From: Cenarchaeum sp.
Lineage (GTDB): Archaea; Thermoproteota; Nitrososphaeria; Nitrososphaerales; Nitrosopumilaceae
Direction of reading: 5' to 3'
DNA: 64,000 bases
NCBI GenBank assembly: GCA_965212015.1
Contig: OZ243037.1
Coordinates: forward strand, 1,440,001-1,504,000
Shown here: positions 1 to 9,276 of the stretch, one piece after another
How the letters are laid out: each line of letters starts with the position of its first letter
How positions within the stretch are numbered: position 1 is the stretch's first letter
The notes under the pieces: model-generated
Told to the model about the DNA's origin: nothing
The model's database searches: none
What the model saw: the letters and a program-made list of their open reading frames with translations, nothing else
Program-made: the position numbers and the translations under genes

Positions 1-196
1 TCTGATCAGTGGGAAGATTCTTTCTGACATTGCGGTGGCGATAAGTGCCCACTGATTTATTTTTTGCCTTGCTGCCGGACCCGGCCTTTTTCGTTATCTT
101 GCGCCCGGATCGTCTAGTCTTTTTTACAGTAGTCCTTTTCTTACGCCCATTTCCAGAATCTTGTGTCTTGAGGGTACTTTGTGTTTTGAAGGTCAT
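1..196 (-). CDS. mod: Type III restriction-modification Mod (DNA methyltransferase) subunit, 5' part only (runs off window)
   Basis: Not in ORF track. ATG at 196 overlaps the res stop (ATGA); open frame MTFKTQ...KSVGTYRHRNVRKNLPTDQ; YRH..RKNLPT resembles N-termini of Mod proteins that follow this Res family; catalytic motifs lie outside the window. Confidence 0.65.
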   Translation of the reverse strand, partial: MTFKTQSTLKTQDSGNGRKKRTTVKKTRRSGRKITKKAGSGSKAKNKSVGTYRHRNVRKNLPTDQ

Positions 197-3186
197 TCTT
201 GGGCCTCCGTATAGGACAGCATTTCTGTGATGGCATCGTCAAGATCTTTGCCGATTCGTGCAGGTGTGTCAAGGTATACGTATTTCCATTTACCGGCACA
301 TGCAAGGTCTTCAGAGTTGTTTACCGCTGGGATCCATTTTTCCTCAGTTGTCTTCTTTTTAACCTGTGCATCGTGGGTGTCCTGTCCCTTGTATTCTATT
401 ACAAGGTGGCATTTGCCACCATTTATCCGCGCTACAAAATCTGGCTTGTATTCCCTCCATCCCCCCACCTTCGGATCAATATATGGTATGCTCCAGCCGA
501 TCCTCTCATTTCTTATCCACGCTTCGATTCCATCATGTGCGTCCAGTATTTCGGCTACCCTCACCTCATCAGTACTGTCACATGCCGCCGCACTGATTTC
601 CGATTTTGCCGGAATCCCGCCGCTTGGGGGATATTTGTTAATTAACGTCGTGTCAAAATCCACACCCTCCGTGGTAAACTCGTGCTCCTGAGACGAATCT
701 TTCTCGTCGGCAAATATGGGTAGGATCGGGGGCTTGTCGGTATTTGTAACGGATGCCTCATAGACAGCCTCTGCGGCCGTCTCGAGATTTGGGTTGTACG
801 ACACCATTATGGGGTCATTGCATTCTACGTTGGGATGATCAAGCCATTCGTGGACGGCCAAAAGGGCGGATTTAAAGAACGGTGTCTTTCCAACACCGGG
901 CCCGCCATATCTTCTGGTGACATGCTCGGCAAGCTGATAGATAGCCGTCTGAGCACGTTTTGAATCGCGCATGACATCTTCTTCTCCGGTAGGACCCATG
1001 ACGGTTGTGTGTCCGGGCCTGTCGGAAAGTTTTTCAGGTTTGTATGGTCTTACTTTGTCCTTGTCTAGGATCAGAGTAACATCCTCAGGATTGATCTCGT
1101 AGGAATATACATTGGGAAACGTCATGCGAAATTGTTCCCTTCCCTCCAATGTCTTAACATTCCATGATAGCGATCCGTTTTCCCCATTCTCGCCGGAGCC
1201 CAGCATAAAGCTAAATGGAATGCCGAATATGCCTGCATATTCGGGCGGTAGAAGTTCTCCGGGTTTGAGGCCGGCCGCAGGCAGGTTACTCCTGCGCAGG
1301 GCTCTGCCTGCCACTTGTTCGCACAAGAGATCGCTCTTGAACGCGCGGTATCCAAATATGTGAGTCACAGTTCTGGCATCCCACCCCTCCGTGAGCATGT
1401 TTACCGAGACCACGCATCTGATGTTCTCCCCAGGCTTGCCTTTTTGGCCGACCGTCTGAAAGACATCCCTGATGTGATTGGCCCGTTCCTTGGCGTTCAT
1501 CCCTTTGGGCGAGAATGTCTTCCAGTCGATCATCAGCTCCTTCCAGTCTCTGTCGTCTAGATCGTCCATCTCCGAGGTAACTAGTAGAGTGTTCGGAGAG
1601 ACAACTGGCTTGCCGTCCTTGATGTTGGAGAACATCTCATACCCTCCCTTCCAAGTTTCGCCGTCCTTGTAGCCTGCAAGATGTTTAAAGATGGCTTTTG
1701 CGTTCTCAATCGGATATGCCACAACGATCATGACCGGGATCTTGTTGTTCTTTGCGTATCGTTCCGTCTCTATCTTGTACTTGGTCTCAAGGCGTACCAA
1801 GAGATCCTTTACGTCCTCGTTCATATCGTCATGACGGAGCTTTCGATCGGCCTTTCTGATATACTGGAATATGTTTCGGAATTTGGGCTCGTCAAACCCA
1901 GTAAGATCCTCCACCGGGACCCGCGGTATCTTGACAAGTCCAGCCTCTATGGCGTCGATCAGCGGATAGTCAGAAACTGCCCAGGGGAACAGCTCAGTGT
2001 CTGTCTTGCTGGCACTCGATATGAACATGGGGGTAGCCGACATGTCAAACACCATACCGAGCCTGCCCACATCCGAGAGGTACGACAGCGTGGAAAACCA
2101 CAGAGCCGCATCCTTGGGATTGACAACCTCGGCTTTGTTCGCCTTGGCATCAGGATCGTCCGGACGATAACAGTGGTGAGCCTCGTCGTTGATTACGATG
2201 ATCTCGTCAGCTCCCTTGTGCGAGGAGAGTACGCGATCCAGCATTACGACGGGAGTCTCCTTCCAGTGACTTGGCTCCCCTTGGCCTGCCGTGATGAGGC
2301 GGCGGGTCTTGGCATCCACGCTCTCCTCAGGATTCACCCCCAAGGATGATCTAAGCTGAAATGCCTGATAGTTTACTATGCTTACCTTGATGTCTTCTGG
2401 GAGTTTTTGGTTACGCGGCAGTATGTCCTTGTACATGTTGTCCGGTTCGTTTGGAATAAGTACTTGGAGTCGATCCTTGACCGTTAGATTTGGCACCATG
2501 ATGAGTATGTCGGTCCTGCCCTGTTTGCGCATGGCCTGCCACACGATCAGCATTGCCATTACCATCGTTTTTCCCGTCCCAGTGGCCATCTTTGTTGCAT
2601 AACGCAAAATGTCATCGCCATTGTGCTTCTGGCACGCCTCGGATATCTCCCGCCGTATGTTGGAAAGCAAGGGATCGGTGGACTCATCCCCATCACACAG
2701 CCATATGATCGTCTCGATTGCCACGATCTGGCAGAAGAACGGCCGTATCTTGTACTGTTCTTCCCCACGCCAGTAATTCAATAGCTTGATAATGTTTGGT
2801 TTTATGCCTGGATAGCCGTCCTGCCTCCATGCCTCTACACGGTCTCGTATCAGGTTGATACGGCGGTGCATGTCCTTGTCAGAGTCGGTTATCTTACGTG
2901 TCTGTACTCCGGTCTGGGGAACGGTCGGATAGGGGGCACTTGGCCTGCGTCCTTTGAGAAGATTCGCGGTGGCTCTTCCTTTACTATCCAGCTCCCAGTA
3001 CTCGGTAGGAAACTCATATGGGTTGTTAAGGACGGGATTCCGTTCGGGAGTGCGGTCTTTTGGTTTGCAATCCTCTAAGTATGGCCCCTTGATTGTTCTA
3101 TCATGGATGAGAGGGGATGAGAGGGGATGAGAGGGGATGAGAGGGGAAATACGGTCTATACCGTGGGGTTTATTTTCAGACTTCAT
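193..3186 (-). CDS. res: Type III restriction enzyme Res subunit (SF2 helicase + C-terminal PD-(D/E)xK nuclease)
   Basis: Motifs RPFFCQ, MATGTGKT (Walker A), NDEAHHCY, SATP, VNMLTEGWD, EQVAGRALRR, C-terminal YKPDF..IEYKG. Confidence 0.9.
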   Translation of the reverse strand: MKSENKPHGIDRISPLIPSHPLSSPLIHDRTIKGPYLEDCKPKDRTPERNPVLNNPYEFPTEYWELDSKGRATANLLKGRRPSAPYPTVPQTGVQTRKITDSDKDMHRRINLIRDRVEAWRQDGYPGIKPNIIKLLNYWRGEEQYKIRPFFCQIVAIETIIWLCDGDESTDPLLSNIRREISEACQKHNGDDILRYATKMATGTGKTMVMAMLIVWQAMRKQGRTDILIMVPNLTVKDRLQVLIPNEPDNMYKDILPRNQKLPEDIKVSIVNYQAFQLRSSLGVNPEESVDAKTRRLITAGQGEPSHWKETPVVMLDRVLSSHKGADEIIVINDEAHHCYRPDDPDAKANKAEVVNPKDAALWFSTLSYLSDVGRLGMVFDMSATPMFISSASKTDTELFPWAVSDYPLIDAIEAGLVKIPRVPVEDLTGFDEPKFRNIFQYIRKADRKLRHDDMNEDVKDLLVRLETKYKIETERYAKNNKIPVMIVVAYPIENAKAIFKHLAGYKDGETWKGGYEMFSNIKDGKPVVSPNTLLVTSEMDDLDDRDWKELMIDWKTFSPKGMNAKERANHIRDVFQTVGQKGKPGENIRCVVSVNMLTEGWDARTVTHIFGYRAFKSDLLCEQVAGRALRRSNLPAAGLKPGELLPPEYAGIFGIPFSFMLGSGENGENGSLSWNVKTLEGREQFRMTFPNVYSYEINPEDVTLILDKDKVRPYKPEKLSDRPGHTTVMGPTGEEDVMRDSKRAQTAIYQLAEHVTRRYGGPGVGKTPFFKSALLAVHEWLDHPNVECNDPIMVSYNPNLETAAEAVYEASVTNTDKPPILPIFADEKDSSQEHEFTTEGVDFDTTLINKYPPSGGIPAKSEISAAACDSTDEVRVAEILDAHDGIEAWIRNERIGWSIPYIDPKVGGWREYKPDFVARINGGKCHLVIEYKGQDTHDAQVKKKTTEEKWIPAVNNSEDLACAGKWKYVYLDTPARIGKDLDDAITEMLSYTEAQE
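3105..3147. repeat. 10-bp tandem repeat (GGATGAGAGG)x4.3 in the 5' end of res
   Basis: Directly visible perfect repeat. Confidence 0.9.
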
Positions 3187-3466
3187 TTTAATCTACTTCT
3201 TTCCGATTCTTTTATTTGATCATTTTACTTAAATATCTTTTCAATACTTTTAGTTCACTAATCTCAAAATCCAATGCTTTTTGTCTTAAAATTAGAGTTT
3301 CAGCTATCTGATCAAGGTGGATGGCCAGAACAAATGGGTTATCTTGATTCATAATGTCAACCTATACAGGATTTCTGAGTAATTTTTTTTATCGTGATTA
3401 CACCACTACAGGTTTACAGAACCTCAGATCCATCGGTTTTAATACGACTATAATCACTGCATATTG

Positions 3467-3688
3467 ATGAGCGTACGTTTGGGAAAATGCGGTGTGTGTA
3501 ACAAACAGGGCATAGAGCTGGAAGAACATCACGTAGTGGAATATCTGGATGAGCAAAAAAGAACCCCAAAGATATTTCTGTGCAAGGAATGCCATGAAAT
3601 GCATGAAAAATACAGAAATTATCTAAAAAATGACTGCAAGATTGATATCAATATAAGGAATACAGGCAGTTCTGATCCGGCTAAATAA
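3467..3688 (+). CDS. Small zinc-binding HNH-like protein
   Basis: CGVC...EEHHV...LCKECHEMH pattern typical of minimal HNH/beta-beta-alpha-metal folds. Confidence 0.6.
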   Translation: MSVRLGKCGVCNKQGIELEEHHVVEYLDEQKRTPKIFLCKECHEMHEKYRNYLKNDCKIDINIRNTGSSDPAK

Positions 3689-3795
3689 AATACTGTATAG
3701 CTGGAGCATGCCGTATACACTGAAACCCAAATGATCTCAAACCGTATGGTTGAGGACATTCCAGGATATTTATAAGATACCAGAGGCATTGATCA

Positions 3796-4704
3796 GTGTT
3801 GTTAAAGACAGATCCGGAAAGGACTCAAAATATAATGAAAATCCTCCTGGAATGGTATCCGAAAAGGACCGGCATATTTGAGGGCGCCGAACTACCCGAA
3901 AGCCGGCCGCCAGCCCGTGCCGCACCCGGAAGCTATGAGCGTGTAATGTTTTACACCCTTACCGTGGCAATAGACTATCAGCGCAAAGCAAGTGATCTGT
4001 GGGATTCTGCAAGAAAGACGATGGACGACGAGAGTGTACAGTGGGTGTTTCATCCCGGTACTGTATCCAAAAAAACCCCGCAAGAGCTAGTAGAGGCTCT
4101 CTCAAAGCACAAGCTGAGCAAAAAGACAAACAAGGACGCAGACATATGGAGGACCATCTGCCTGTCGTTTCTGGAGCTGTTTGATGGCGATCCGCGCAAG
4201 CTGTTTGAAAAATACGACCATGATGCACGCCAGATATTTGACGTTATGAGGAACAAATACGGGAAAAAATTCCCGTATCTGGCGGGCTCTACCGGAACAT
4301 CAAAGATACTCTCGCTGTGGATCCGCATCATGCACAAGGAGGCACAAATTCCGTTCAAAAGACTCGAGCTTGTCCCCATTCCAATAGACATTCACACCGC
4401 AAGGGCGACGATAACTAGCGGCTGCATTGCAGGCGATTTTGAGGGAAGCTTTGTCGAGCTGGCAGAGATTGCAAAAAAGGCGTGGATGGAGGCATGTGAT
4501 AATTCCGGATATTATCCGCTCCAGTTGGACGAGGCGCTGTGGAATTTAGGACGGTTTGGCTGCTCCAACATAGCGGACGGAGAGAAATGCCCGGAACGCT
4601 CCAGGTGCGAGCTGGCAGAATACTGTACCGCAAACAACAAGGGCTCTTGTATCGCAATAGTGCAAAATAAAGCCATCAAAATCTCTACGAGCTGTCAAAA
4701 ATGA
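3796..4704 (+). CDS. HhH-GPD superfamily DNA glycosylase/AP lyase-like protein with C-terminal 4Fe-4S-type Cys cluster
   Basis: FPYLAG..SKI (HhH Lys), IPIDIHTAR (catalytic Asp), LDEALWNLGRFGC-x7-C-x5-C-x5-C. Confidence 0.7.
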   Translation: MLLKTDPERTQNIMKILLEWYPKRTGIFEGAELPESRPPARAAPGSYERVMFYTLTVAIDYQRKASDLWDSARKTMDDESVQWVFHPGTVSKKTPQELVEALSKHKLSKKTNKDADIWRTICLSFLELFDGDPRKLFEKYDHDARQIFDVMRNKYGKKFPYLAGSTGTSKILSLWIRIMHKEAQIPFKRLELVPIPIDIHTARATITSGCIAGDFEGSFVELAEIAKKAWMEACDNSGYYPLQLDEALWNLGRFGCSNIADGEKCPERSRCELAEYCTANNKGSCIAIVQNKAIKISTSCQK

Positions 4705-5111
4705 AAATAGCGATAATTACCGCGTGTGGGAACAAAAAAGAACCCATCCCGCTTCCCGCCCACAAACTGTACAAATCCCCGCGGATCAAGACGATATACA
4801 ACAGGAGGCAGGGCCACGACATGTTTATTCTAAGTGCAGAGCACGGCCTCATTCCGGCAGACAAGATAATTCGGCCATACAACAGGCTGATGGACGAGCA
4901 AAGATGCGATGAGCTGATTCCACATGTGGCCGAATCACTGCAAAAGTATGACGTGGTCATCTATTTCAGAGGCGGTTCCGGATTACCGTATAAGAGATGT
5001 GTGACTGAGGCCTGTGATCTGGCAGGGGTAGAACTAGACGCCTTTGGGAGTCGAATGATGGAGGGAATAAGGGATCTGTCTGAAAAGATACGACGTGCAG
5101 AACAATCGTGA
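4701..5111 (+). CDS. DUF6884/YaaA-like protein
   Basis: IITACGNKK..PA.KLY.S, FILSAEHGLI, I.PYN motifs; ATGA overlap with the glycosylase gene. Confidence 0.7.
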   Translation: MKIAIITACGNKKEPIPLPAHKLYKSPRIKTIYNRRQGHDMFILSAEHGLIPADKIIRPYNRLMDEQRCDELIPHVAESLQKYDVVIYFRGGSGLPYKRCVTEACDLAGVELDAFGSRMMEGIRDLSEKIRRAEQS

Positions 5112-5352
5112 TGAAAAGATAAAACATTTCAATTACTTTGTAATATTTTGAAAATTCTAGACTTTACCATATTAACTGCCATATTCGGCAAAATTAACAT
5201 GTCCTATATCGTCGACAGGATGGCAATTCCTATATGCTATTGTAAAAAGGATTCACACGCAAAAAGATTCGATTGGGAAGGAAATCAGCGTTACCCTTGC
5301 CACGAAAAAACCATGATCCAAATTTAAATACTCAAGATGGCAACAGGACACA

Positions 5353-5538
5353 ATGGATAACGACCGAGACACAGAGGAAAAAAAGGCAGCAGAGGCCAAA
5401 AAGAAAAGCGACGAGCAGGAAAATATCTTGGATATCGAGACTAGTAAACACACGGAATCGGCCACCAAGGATCTCGAGGAGGAACTTGATAATGCAGAGC
5501 AATCCACGGCAAAAGAGGCAAACAGGCAGACCAGCTAG
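5353..5538 (+). CDS. Small acidic/charged hypothetical protein
   Basis: 61-aa ORF with coding-like composition; TTTAAAT about 30 nt upstream. Confidence 0.45.
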   Translation: MDNDRDTEEKKAAEAKKKSDEQENILDIETSKHTESATKDLEEELDNAEQSTAKEANRQTS

Positions 5539-5658
5539 ATTCTGCATGTAAATCGGATATTGTAATCGATCACGTCCCTCTCGGATCCAACTTGTCACTC
5601 CGTGTATCTTTGTACGCTATAAAGACAAGATTAAATCCAATGCCATATTCTAATTTGT

Positions 5659-6489
5659 GTGATCTTTCCAGAAAGTGGCCGAGTAAAGCGTCTAATCTTG
5701 CAGTATCTGGCAGATAGGGTAGAACACAATATTGACGGGATATATCATATAATAATGTTAGAGTTTGATCTGGATATACACATATCTGATAAATCCCTAA
5801 AAACCAGAAAATTCAAAGCAAATTGCAGGGCCAAGATAATAGAGCTGCGCAAACTGGAATTGTTGGAAAGTGACAGTCCCGGCGTTTATCGAATTACCAA
5901 AGACGGCATGTCAAAGCTGAGCAAGCGGATATTTGGCAGAACTGAACAGATAAACGAGGATATCTTGTTTGACGAGGACGAATCAGTAACTTTTAACAAA
6001 AAGATACCATACAAGATAAACAAGATACGCAGGCGAAACATAAAGGCTGTAAAAAAGCTAAAAAAGCTGTACAAAAACAAATGCCAGATTAGCAACTATG
6101 ACTATACATTCAAAAAAGAGGATGGCAAATGGTATACCGAGGGGCATCATATTGTCCCTCTGGGAAAAAAAGGCGCAGACTCTGTCCGCAATATCGTTGT
6201 TTTGAGCCCTCTCATTCACAGAATGCTGCATCATGGAAAAATCGAAGGTCTTTGCATTAAAAACATTAAAAACAACAAACTTACCTTCAAAATCAATGGC
6301 AAAAAGCATACTATAACTTATTTGCCAAATCATGGAAAAATAGTAAGGGATGCGGCACGGGACAAATACGACGATTCTGATCTATTATATGATTTAGACG
6401 AAGGCAGTACCGTCCTTGATGATCTGCGCGGGTATACTCTTTGCATACCTCCCAATTATGATGAAGAATGGCACAGATTTCCATGGTAA
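5659..6489 (+). CDS. Mrr_N-type winged helix + McrA-like HNH endonuclease (putative type IV restriction enzyme)
   Basis: N-terminal ILQYLAD...LRKLELLES..PGVYRIT.DG; C-terminal CQI...YTEGHHIVPLG..GAD..NIVVLSP..HRMLH. Confidence 0.75.
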   Translation: MIFPESGRVKRLILQYLADRVEHNIDGIYHIIMLEFDLDIHISDKSLKTRKFKANCRAKIIELRKLELLESDSPGVYRITKDGMSKLSKRIFGRTEQINEDILFDEDESVTFNKKIPYKINKIRRRNIKAVKKLKKLYKNKCQISNYDYTFKKEDGKWYTEGHHIVPLGKKGADSVRNIVVLSPLIHRMLHHGKIEGLCIKNIKNNKLTFKINGKKHTITYLPNHGKIVRDAARDKYDDSDLLYDLDEGSTVLDDLRGYTLCIPPNYDEEWHRFPW

Positions 6490-6532
6490 GACTTTCAAAA
6501 TGAGGATTTGTGAGCAACCGGGAATTCCAATC

Positions 6533-6626
6533 CTGATAGATGAGCAGAGGTGCGATGAGATGTATAATTGAAGCGTGTGATCGAGCAGGAATAAAGTTGG
6601 ATGCCTTTGGAGATAAGATCATGCAG
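6533..6626 (+). pseudogene. Degenerate relic of a DUF6884-like paralog
   Basis: Translates LIDEQRCDE / CIIEACDRAGIKLDAFGDKIMQ, matching LMDEQRCDE and CVTEACDLAGVELDAFGSRMME of 4701..5111, with internal deletion and frameshift. Confidence 0.75.
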
Positions 6627-6797
6627 AACCATTGTATGAATAGTGTGCCCCATGAAGCGCGCAATAGGTTTTATAGTTCAAGAGGAATTATCTGGATCCG
6701 TAGGCACCGGATCTAACCGATTACTGAAGCGCTAGAACGGAGGATTATTAGGCCCAGATCTGTAATACTGGCTTCAAATTATATATTTCATGTTACC

Positions 6798-6820
6798 TTT
6801 CTCTCTTTAAAAGAGAGAAA
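6798..6820. promoter_or_regulatory. Perfect 23-bp inverted repeat upstream of abiEi (putative autoregulatory operator)
   Basis: TTTCTCTCTTT-A-AAAGAGAGAAA, flanked by near-direct repeats AAATTATATA(TA)TTTCATGT. Confidence 0.5.
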
Positions 6821-6822
6821 AT

Positions 6823-7686
6823 ATGCATAAATTATATATATTTCATGTAACTAAATCTAGAGGGTTGGCACAAGACATACGACTGGGACCACAAGAAAAC
6901 AAGTTGTTGTTCAGTCTGGAAATGAAGAAAATGAGCGTCTTTACTTACAGCGATGCAAAAAGCATCCTAGAGGGGACTGATTCTGCGGTGTGGAACGTGA
7001 TCGAAGGGTTGAAAAAAAAGAAGCGACTACAGGAGATAAAAAACGGGATATATCTTTTGGTGCCTGCCAGGGCGGGACCTGAAGGATATTGGTCAGAGGA
7101 TCCATGGCTGATCGTACCTAAATTGATTGATGAATATTATGTTGGGTTTTGGACAGCAATGAGTTTCTGGGACATGACAGAGCAGATACCATACACGGTA
7201 TTTGTCGCAACCACCAAACGGAGGAAAAACCGCATTTTAAAATTCGGAAAGCAGAAATTCCAATTTGTCACAGTATCAAAAAAAAAGTTTTTTGGATACA
7301 TAGAGTACAAAATAAAGGATAATTATTTCAACATATCCTCAAAAGAAAAGACAATCATTGATGGGTTGGCTCATCCGGAATACTGTGGTGGAATGGTGGA
7401 AATGACAAAAGCAATGTGGAATATGAGAAAGGAGCTCGATTGGGATGCAGTGTATGGATTGGCAAAAAAAATAGGGATCAATGTGGTGTTGCGCCGATTG
7501 GGATATCTGTTAAACATTCTGAATATGGAAGAGAATCTGAGTAGAAAAATAAAGGCAGAAATAACCCCATATCCATATAGCTTTCTTGATCCTATCACTG
7601 CAAAAACAAGAATTGCATATTCAAAGGAATATGGGTTAGTAATTAACAGAACCAAAGACGAGATGCTTGATTGGATGGAATCTTAG
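6823..7686 (+). CDS. abiEi: Type IV toxin-antitoxin AbiEi-family antitoxin/transcriptional regulator
   Basis: N-terminal wHTH (IKNGIYLLVP), YYVGFWTAM, TEQIP, EKTIID, PEYCGG, RRLGYLL; true start may be TTG 6865. Confidence 0.85.
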   Translation: MHKLYIFHVTKSRGLAQDIRLGPQENKLLFSLEMKKMSVFTYSDAKSILEGTDSAVWNVIEGLKKKKRLQEIKNGIYLLVPARAGPEGYWSEDPWLIVPKLIDEYYVGFWTAMSFWDMTEQIPYTVFVATTKRRKNRILKFGKQKFQFVTVSKKKFFGYIEYKIKDNYFNISSKEKTIIDGLAHPEYCGGMVEMTKAMWNMRKELDWDAVYGLAKKIGINVVLRRLGYLLNILNMEENLSRKIKAEITPYPYSFLDPITAKTRIAYSKEYGLVINRTKDEMLDWMES

Positions 7687-7688
7687 AA

Positions 7689-8450
7689 ATGAATATTGAT
7701 GTAATGAAATCATTAGGAGGAAAATATGGTGTCTTTACAGAAACCATTCAAAAAGATTATGCAGCAACAATTTTATTATTTATAATTTCTGAATTTGATA
7801 AAATATCAGAAATGATATTTAAAGGCGGAACAGCATTAAAAAAGATATATTTTCCAAATGGTAGATTCTCAGAAGATCTTGATTTTACTTGCTCTACTGA
7901 TATTTCCAACGAATTAGAAACCTTGTTAAATGTAAAAATCCAAGAATGTGATATAAATTTTACCAAAATTGAAAAAATCAAAACTGGCAGGACAAGCAAA
8001 AAATTTTCCGTCAAATATTTGAATTATAACAATTATCCTATGTCTGTCAAGATCGATCTCAGTCACAGAGAAAAAGTGTTAAAGACGGTCGAAACTCTTC
8101 CAATACAGCATTTCTATGATTTGAAAAACAACAATTTTTCAATCCCAAGTATGAATATTGAAGAGATATTTGCGGAAAAAATTCGGGCATTAATATATGC
8201 ACAAAAATCACGTCATTTGTATGATATTTGGTATTTATTTCAACATAGAATTCAATTAAACATGGATCTAGTAGATTCTAAATTAGTTTTCTATGATGAG
8301 GATTTTTCCCTAGATAAGATAAAAATTGCGATAAATAAAATGAAAACCGAATGGGATAAAGATCTCGGTTCCTTACTTCCATCGGTTCCGTCAATTGACG
8401 AAATATCTAGGAATGTTATTCATAATATTGATATTGCTACAAAATCATAA
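7689..8450 (+). CDS. abiEii: AbiEii-family nucleotidyltransferase toxin
   Basis: QKDY, FKGGTALKK, RFSEDLDF, AEKIRAL, RHLYD. Confidence 0.9.
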   Translation: MNIDVMKSLGGKYGVFTETIQKDYAATILLFIISEFDKISEMIFKGGTALKKIYFPNGRFSEDLDFTCSTDISNELETLLNVKIQECDINFTKIEKIKTGRTSKKFSVKYLNYNNYPMSVKIDLSHREKVLKTVETLPIQHFYDLKNNNFSIPSMNIEEIFAEKIRALIYAQKSRHLYDIWYLFQHRIQLNMDLVDSKLVFYDEDFSLDKIKIAINKMKTEWDKDLGSLLPSVPSIDEISRNVIHNIDIATKS

Positions 8451-8489
8451 AATTAATGCACATTTACACATCATTGCCAAAACCAATAT

Positions 8490-9050
8490 CTAGTCATGGC
8501 GCATAAGTGCAGTAAAATTTGACCTTAAATTATCGACATCTATGGATTTTCTGTCAACCTCAATGGGCTCTAACAAATTTTTATCTGCAGCAACATCACG
8601 TAAAATTCCTGTCTGATCAAGAATTTTGTCGATTGATGCGGTAGAAATATCGCTTGATTCCAGCAAATCAAGTGTTTTGTCAAACTGAGGCAAAAGTGCA
8701 AGCGCATCATCGGCTACAACGGATCTGTCTTTTGTTTTTCCTGCATCTTCAAATCTGGCATACATTTGATCTGCGATCAACTCCATGTTATAGGCAGCCT
8801 GATAGAAGTAAAAACCATCATTATTTGGATTTTCCAACCACCGAGTTTTGATTTTGTTCAGATAATGCTTGAATTCAAGTATGTGGTCTAAAAACCCCAA
8901 ATCTACTTTGCCGGCATCTTTCATCCTGTTTAACTCCAAACCCATTTTTCTAAATATTTGATTTTTCATTGGATACATCACGTGATTTTCTGCATTACGC
9001 TGGTTATTATTAGTTATGAACAATATTCGATATCCCGTCCATTCCGTCAC
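8490..9050 (-). CDS. Hypothetical protein (AT-rich, island edge)
   Basis: 186-aa ORF, helical composition; start uncertain. Confidence 0.5.
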   Translation of the reverse strand: MTEWTGYRILFITNNNQRNAENHVMYPMKNQIFRKMGLELNRMKDAGKVDLGFLDHILEFKHYLNKIKTRWLENPNNDGFYFYQAAYNMELIADQMYARFEDAGKTKDRSVVADDALALLPQFDKTLDLLESSDISTASIDKILDQTGILRDVAADKNLLEPIEVDRKSIDVDNLRSNFTALMRHD

Positions 9051-9276
9051 ATTTTATGGATGACCAGAATAGTCCAGAATCGATCAGGCAATCCCGTCCA
9101 AAACCCACAAACCTATGCCAGAATACCTAACATTTAAAAAACGGAATATCACAAACACAACACGGTTCCGTTGGTGTAATGCTAACTATGAGACATCCGC
9201 TCCGGATGAGCTCAGGATCCGCCTTTATTCAACCACAAAAATCTGACCCAATATCGGAAATTCCGGACTCGTACCC

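Noticed and set aside
9164-9235. tRNA-like start GGTTCCGTTGGTGTAATG at the island boundary
   Set aside because: No T-loop or matching acceptor strand; cannot be folded as a cloverleaf
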